36,388 nucleotides of DNA from Chiloscyllium plagiosum. Its lineage: Eukaryota. Shown here piece after piece: positions 32,688 to 36,388 of this stretch. Positions within the stretch are counted from its first letter, which is position 1, and each line of letters opens with the position of its first letter. The position numbers and the translations under genes are program-made. The DNA is taken from NCBI RefSeq assembly GCF_004010195.1, contig NC_057719.1, forward strand, positions 3,007,735-3,044,122. Reading direction: 5' to 3'. The notes beneath the pieces are model-generated. The model did not search any database and had not been told where the DNA came from. It was given only the letters and a program-made list of their open reading frames with translations.

Positions 32688-33410
32688 AACGATGGTGGTT
32701 CTGACCCCCATAATTATGCAGTATTGTGAGAGGTTAGTCATGGTTCGCTTTGGCTCTAGCCTCCCAGGAGAAAGTGAGGACTACAGATGCTGGAGAGTCA
32801 GAGTCGAAAAGGGTGGCACTGGAAAAGTACAGCCAGTCAGGCAGCAACCAAGGAGCAGGAGAATCGACGGTTCGTGCATAAGCCCTTCATCAGGAGGGTG
32901 GGGTGGTGGGGGCGGGGTGGGGGTGGGGGGGTGGTGGTGCGGGGATGTGGCGGAGGTGGTGGTGAAGGGAGTTGAGAGATAAATAGGAGAGTGGGGCTAT
33001 GGCTGTGGGGAATGTAGCTGGGAAGGCGATAGGTAGGTGGAAGTTGGGGGAGGGAGTGATGGTGATAGGTCGGAGGGAAGACTGGAGCAGATAGTCCAGC
33101 CTACCTTGATCCCTTGCAATTTGCCAATCGGTGCAACAGATACACAGCAGATGCCATCTCCCTGCCCCTACACTCATCCCTAGGACATCTGGGTAATAAA
33201 AATATCCACGTCAGGCTTCTACGTATTGACTACAGCTCTGCCTTAAACACTATAATCCCTACCAGACTTATCTCCAAACTCCAAGACCTATGTATCTGCC
33301 ATGGCCTCTGCAACTGGCTCCTCAGCTTCCTGACCCACAGGCCGCAAGCAGTGAAGAGAGGGAACAGCACCTCCTCCATGATAGTCCTCAACACTGGCAT
33401 CCCACAAGGG
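32688..33410 (+). mobile_element. Rex1/Babar-like RT fragment split by PLE insertion I
   Basis: VVLTPIIMQYCERLVM | DPLQFA...TADAIS...HVRLLRIDYSSALNTIIP...LNTGIPQG. Confidence 0.85.
32766..33093 (-). mobile_element. PLE family-1 insertion I with decayed hammerhead (32862-32896)
   Basis: aggagaaagtgaggactacagatgctggag terminus; G-rich pseudo-LTR like copy D; possible degraded TSD tc(t/c)agcct. Confidence 0.85.
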
Positions 33411-34130
33411 ACCCATCGCAATGTGGTTAACTCTAAACTGCCCCCTGGGCAATTAAGGATAGCCAAACTTTGAATGAACTTTTTGTTTAAAACAAAGGCC
33501 ATTTGCTGTTTGTAGAATTTTTGGTGCTGAATGATCAAATTTCTTACAGAGCAAGTTGGTGCTTGGACCACCACATCATCTACTTGGAGATGATGATACA
33601 ATGAGGCATAACAGAAATTACTGCATTTCATTTACAAAGTATTGCAACTTATCGCATATGATTTATATCACAGAAACTGACCATTTGCTCCAACAGGTCA
33701 GTGCCTCAGCCCATGCATCAGCCAGACCCGTTCCTACCCTTTCTCATCTAGCTCTATTAACTTGTCTTTCTATTCTTCTCCCTGTCAAGTGCTTCCCTTT
33801 CTTTTGTGAACAGTCTTTTCTCTGATTCTAGAGAAATCCTCCGCTCGCTGTCATTCGCTGCAAAAGGCAAAGAGCTGTGAAGGGAGGGATGAGTAAATGG
33901 AATTGGATGGGTGCCGAGGGGTGAATGGCTTATGATGTGTTTTTCAGGGAAGTGGAAAACAGAAGACTGATTCCCCTCAGGGGAACAATCTCCATTTCTG
34001 TCTTCAAAGCCAAGATCTGCAACAAACTGCACTCTGCATCAGTTTGATCCAAAAATAGGGAATGTCAACAAGAGTCCATCACCAATTGTATGGATGTGAA
34101 ACATGTTTTTTGCTTAACCAGATGTCTGCA

Positions 34131-35090
34131 ATTAGAGTCATGGAGTCATAAAGATGTACAACATGGAAACAGACCCTTTGGTCCAACTCGTCCATGCCGA
34201 CCAGATATCCCAACCCAATCTAGTCCCACCTGCCAGCACCCGGCCTATATCCCTCCAAATCCTTCCTATTCATATACCCATCCAAATGCCTCTTAAATGT
34301 TGTAATTGTACCAGCCTCCACCACTTCCTCTGGCAGCTCACTCCATACACACACCACCCTCTGTGTGAAAACGTTGCCCCTTGGGTCTCTTTTATATCTT
34401 TCCCCTCTCTTGCTAAACCTATGCCCTCCAGTTCTGGACTCCCCCATGCCAGGGAAAAGACCTTGTCTATTTACCCTACCCATGCCGCTCATGATTTTAT
34501 AAACCTCTATAAGGTCACCCCTCAGCCTCCGACACGCCAGGGAAAATAGTCCCAGCCTGTTCAGCCTCTCCCTGTCGGTCAAATCCTCCAACCCTGGCAA
34601 CATCCTTGTCAAGCTTTTCTAAACCCTTTCAAGTTTCACAACATCCTTCCGATAGTAAGGAGACCAGAATTGCATGCAATATTCCAACAGTGGCCTAATC
34701 AATGTCCTGTACAACCGCAACATGACCTCCCAACTCCTGTCCTCAATACTCTGACCAATAAAGGAAAGCATACCAAATGCACTTCTCAGCCCATTGGCCC
34801 ATCTGATCAAGATCCCATTGTACTCTGAGGTAACCTTCTTCGCTGTCCGCTACACCTCCAACTTTGGTGTCATCTGCAAACTTACTAACTATACCTCTTA
34901 TGCTCACATCCAAATCATTTATATAAATAATGAAAAGTAGTGGACTCAGCACCGATCCTTATGGCACTCCACTGGTCACAGGCCTCCAATCTGAAAAACA
35001 ATCCACCAAAGGTCTTCTACCTTTGAGCCAATTCTGTATCTAAATGGCTAGTTCTCCCTGTATTCCATGAGATCAAACTTTTCTGACCCG
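34131..35090 (-). mobile_element. CR1 LINE 3' portion with internal deletion near 34780
   Basis: SKFADDTKV, LIRPLLEYCMQFWSPY, RLRGDLIEVYK; gagtcat tail. Confidence 0.93.
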
Positions 35091-36388
35091 TCACTGGGTC
35101 CTAAGCAAACCCTCTGCAAAAATACACTAAACTGCAGCCTGCCAGCTCCAGAGGGCCCTAGGAAGGATCACTTAACTGGAACCAGTCACAATCCACTCCA
35201 CCAGACCACTGGACCACTCAAATGTAAGAAGTTGTGAGGAAGCAGGGTAAGCGTGCTGGCCTGCTAGTAAGACTGAGACTACGCGGTTTCAAGACTCCCT
35301 TCCTAGCTTACTCCTAGCAGATGTACAATCTCTGGAGAACAAGATGGACAAACTCAGATCACAGCTCAGCTTCCAGCGTGAACTGCGGGACTGCTGTGCA
35401 TTCTACTTCACAGAAACCTGGCTCAACCCATCTATTCCCGACTGCGCACTTCAGGCTGATGGCTTTTCTATCCCATTGTATGGACCGTACAATGTCCTCG
35501 GGTAAGACAAAGGGTGGAGGGGTTTGCTTTTTAATAAACAACTTGTGGTGCACGGACATTGCAACCCTGGGCAGCCATTGCTCCCCAAACCTTGAACTCC
35601 TCACCATCAAATGCCACCCGTTCTATCTATCACAAGAATTTACAGCTGCTGTACTAATTGCTGTGTACATACCGCCACAAGCAAAGGTTGAGGAAGCTCT
35701 GGATGTGCTGTACTCCACCACTAACACCCTGGAGATGGACCACCCCAAGGCCCTGTTTATTGTGACTGGTGACTTCAATCAAGCCAATCTAAGGAAGGTG
35801 TTGCCCAAGTACCACCAGAACATTACTTGCCCCACCAGGGACCCGAACATTTTAGATCACCACTACACCACTGTGAAGGATGCCTACCACTCCATCCTCA
35901 CCCTCATTTCGGGAACTCCAACCACAATGCCGTGTTTCTTCTCCTGGCTTACAGACAAAAGCTCAAGTAGGAGACCCCCTCGCGGATACAGGTCCAGTGC
36001 TGGTTGGAGGAGGCAGAGGATCAACTCTGATACTGTCTGGAATCGGCTGATTGGGCTGTGTTCAAACAGTCTGCAGGTACCTTAGACGAGTACGTCACCA
36101 CCGTCACAGACTTTATCAGCAAGGGAGACCCCCTCGCGGATACAGGTCCAGTGCTGGTTGGAGGAGGCAGAGGATCAACTCTGATACTGTCTGGAATCGG
36201 CTGATTGGGCCGTGTTCAAACAGTCTGCAGGTACCTTAGACGAGTACGTCACCACCGTCACAGACTTTATCAGCAAGTGTGTGGAGGACTGTGTAGTGAG
36301 GAAGTCAATCTGTGTGTTCCCCAACAGGAAACCCTGGATGAATCAGGACATACAGAACCTGCTAAAAGCCAGGCGTGAGGCCTTCAGA
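35090..36388 (+). mobile_element. Rex1/Babar-like LINE 5' region with apurinic endonuclease domain (frameshifted), runs off the window
   Basis: FTETWL, DRTMSSGKTKGGGVCFLINNLWC, AVYIPP, IVTGDFNQANL, CPTRDPNILDHHY, PNRKPWMN. Confidence 0.88.
35970..36277 (+). repeat. 154-bp tandem duplication
   Basis: 35970-36123 and 36124-36277 are identical except for one T/C. Confidence 0.95.

Noticed and set aside
32895..33075. G-quadruplex-like G-rich tracts (also 19280-19350 and 31066-31145)
   Set aside because: Part of the PLE pseudo-LTR low-complexity region; no independent evidence of function
33780..34060. Two acceptor-like sites (ttctag at 33831, tttcag at about 33948) and the short palindrome ttcccctcaggggaa
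   Set aside because: No recognisable peptide, weak donor, and short palindromes are expected by chance

Overview
Repeat-saturated eukaryotic (vertebrate) DNA, most likely from a shark or other cartilaginous fish; this is inferred from HE1-type tRNA SINEs, Deu-domain SINEs and the CR1 families present. No host protein-coding gene can be supported. Nearly all ORFs in the track are decayed retroelement fragments or their antisense shadows. Contents: about 20 CR1 LINE fragments (largest a 490-aa APE+RT ORF running into a 762-nt N gap), Rex1/Babar-like LINE fragments, three SINE types, an inverted pair of minisatellite arrays, and two, possibly three, families of Penelope-like elements (PLEs). The main signal is a set of minimal type-I hammerhead ribozyme motifs (CUGAnGA-stem II-GAAAC-GUH) in the PLE pseudo-LTRs. 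They occur in nine short (125-480 bp) PLE-terminus insertions, most with 10-18 bp target-site duplications, and in two longer PLEs of a second family. One insertion (14783-14967) is a perfect 185-bp palindrome with an intact hammerhead core on both strands. The truncation and fold-back points of these mini-elements cluster at the ribozyme and about 33 nt from the 3' end. Hammerheads in PLEs are known in general; the breakpoint pattern and the ambisense fold-back architecture are what merit follow-up.
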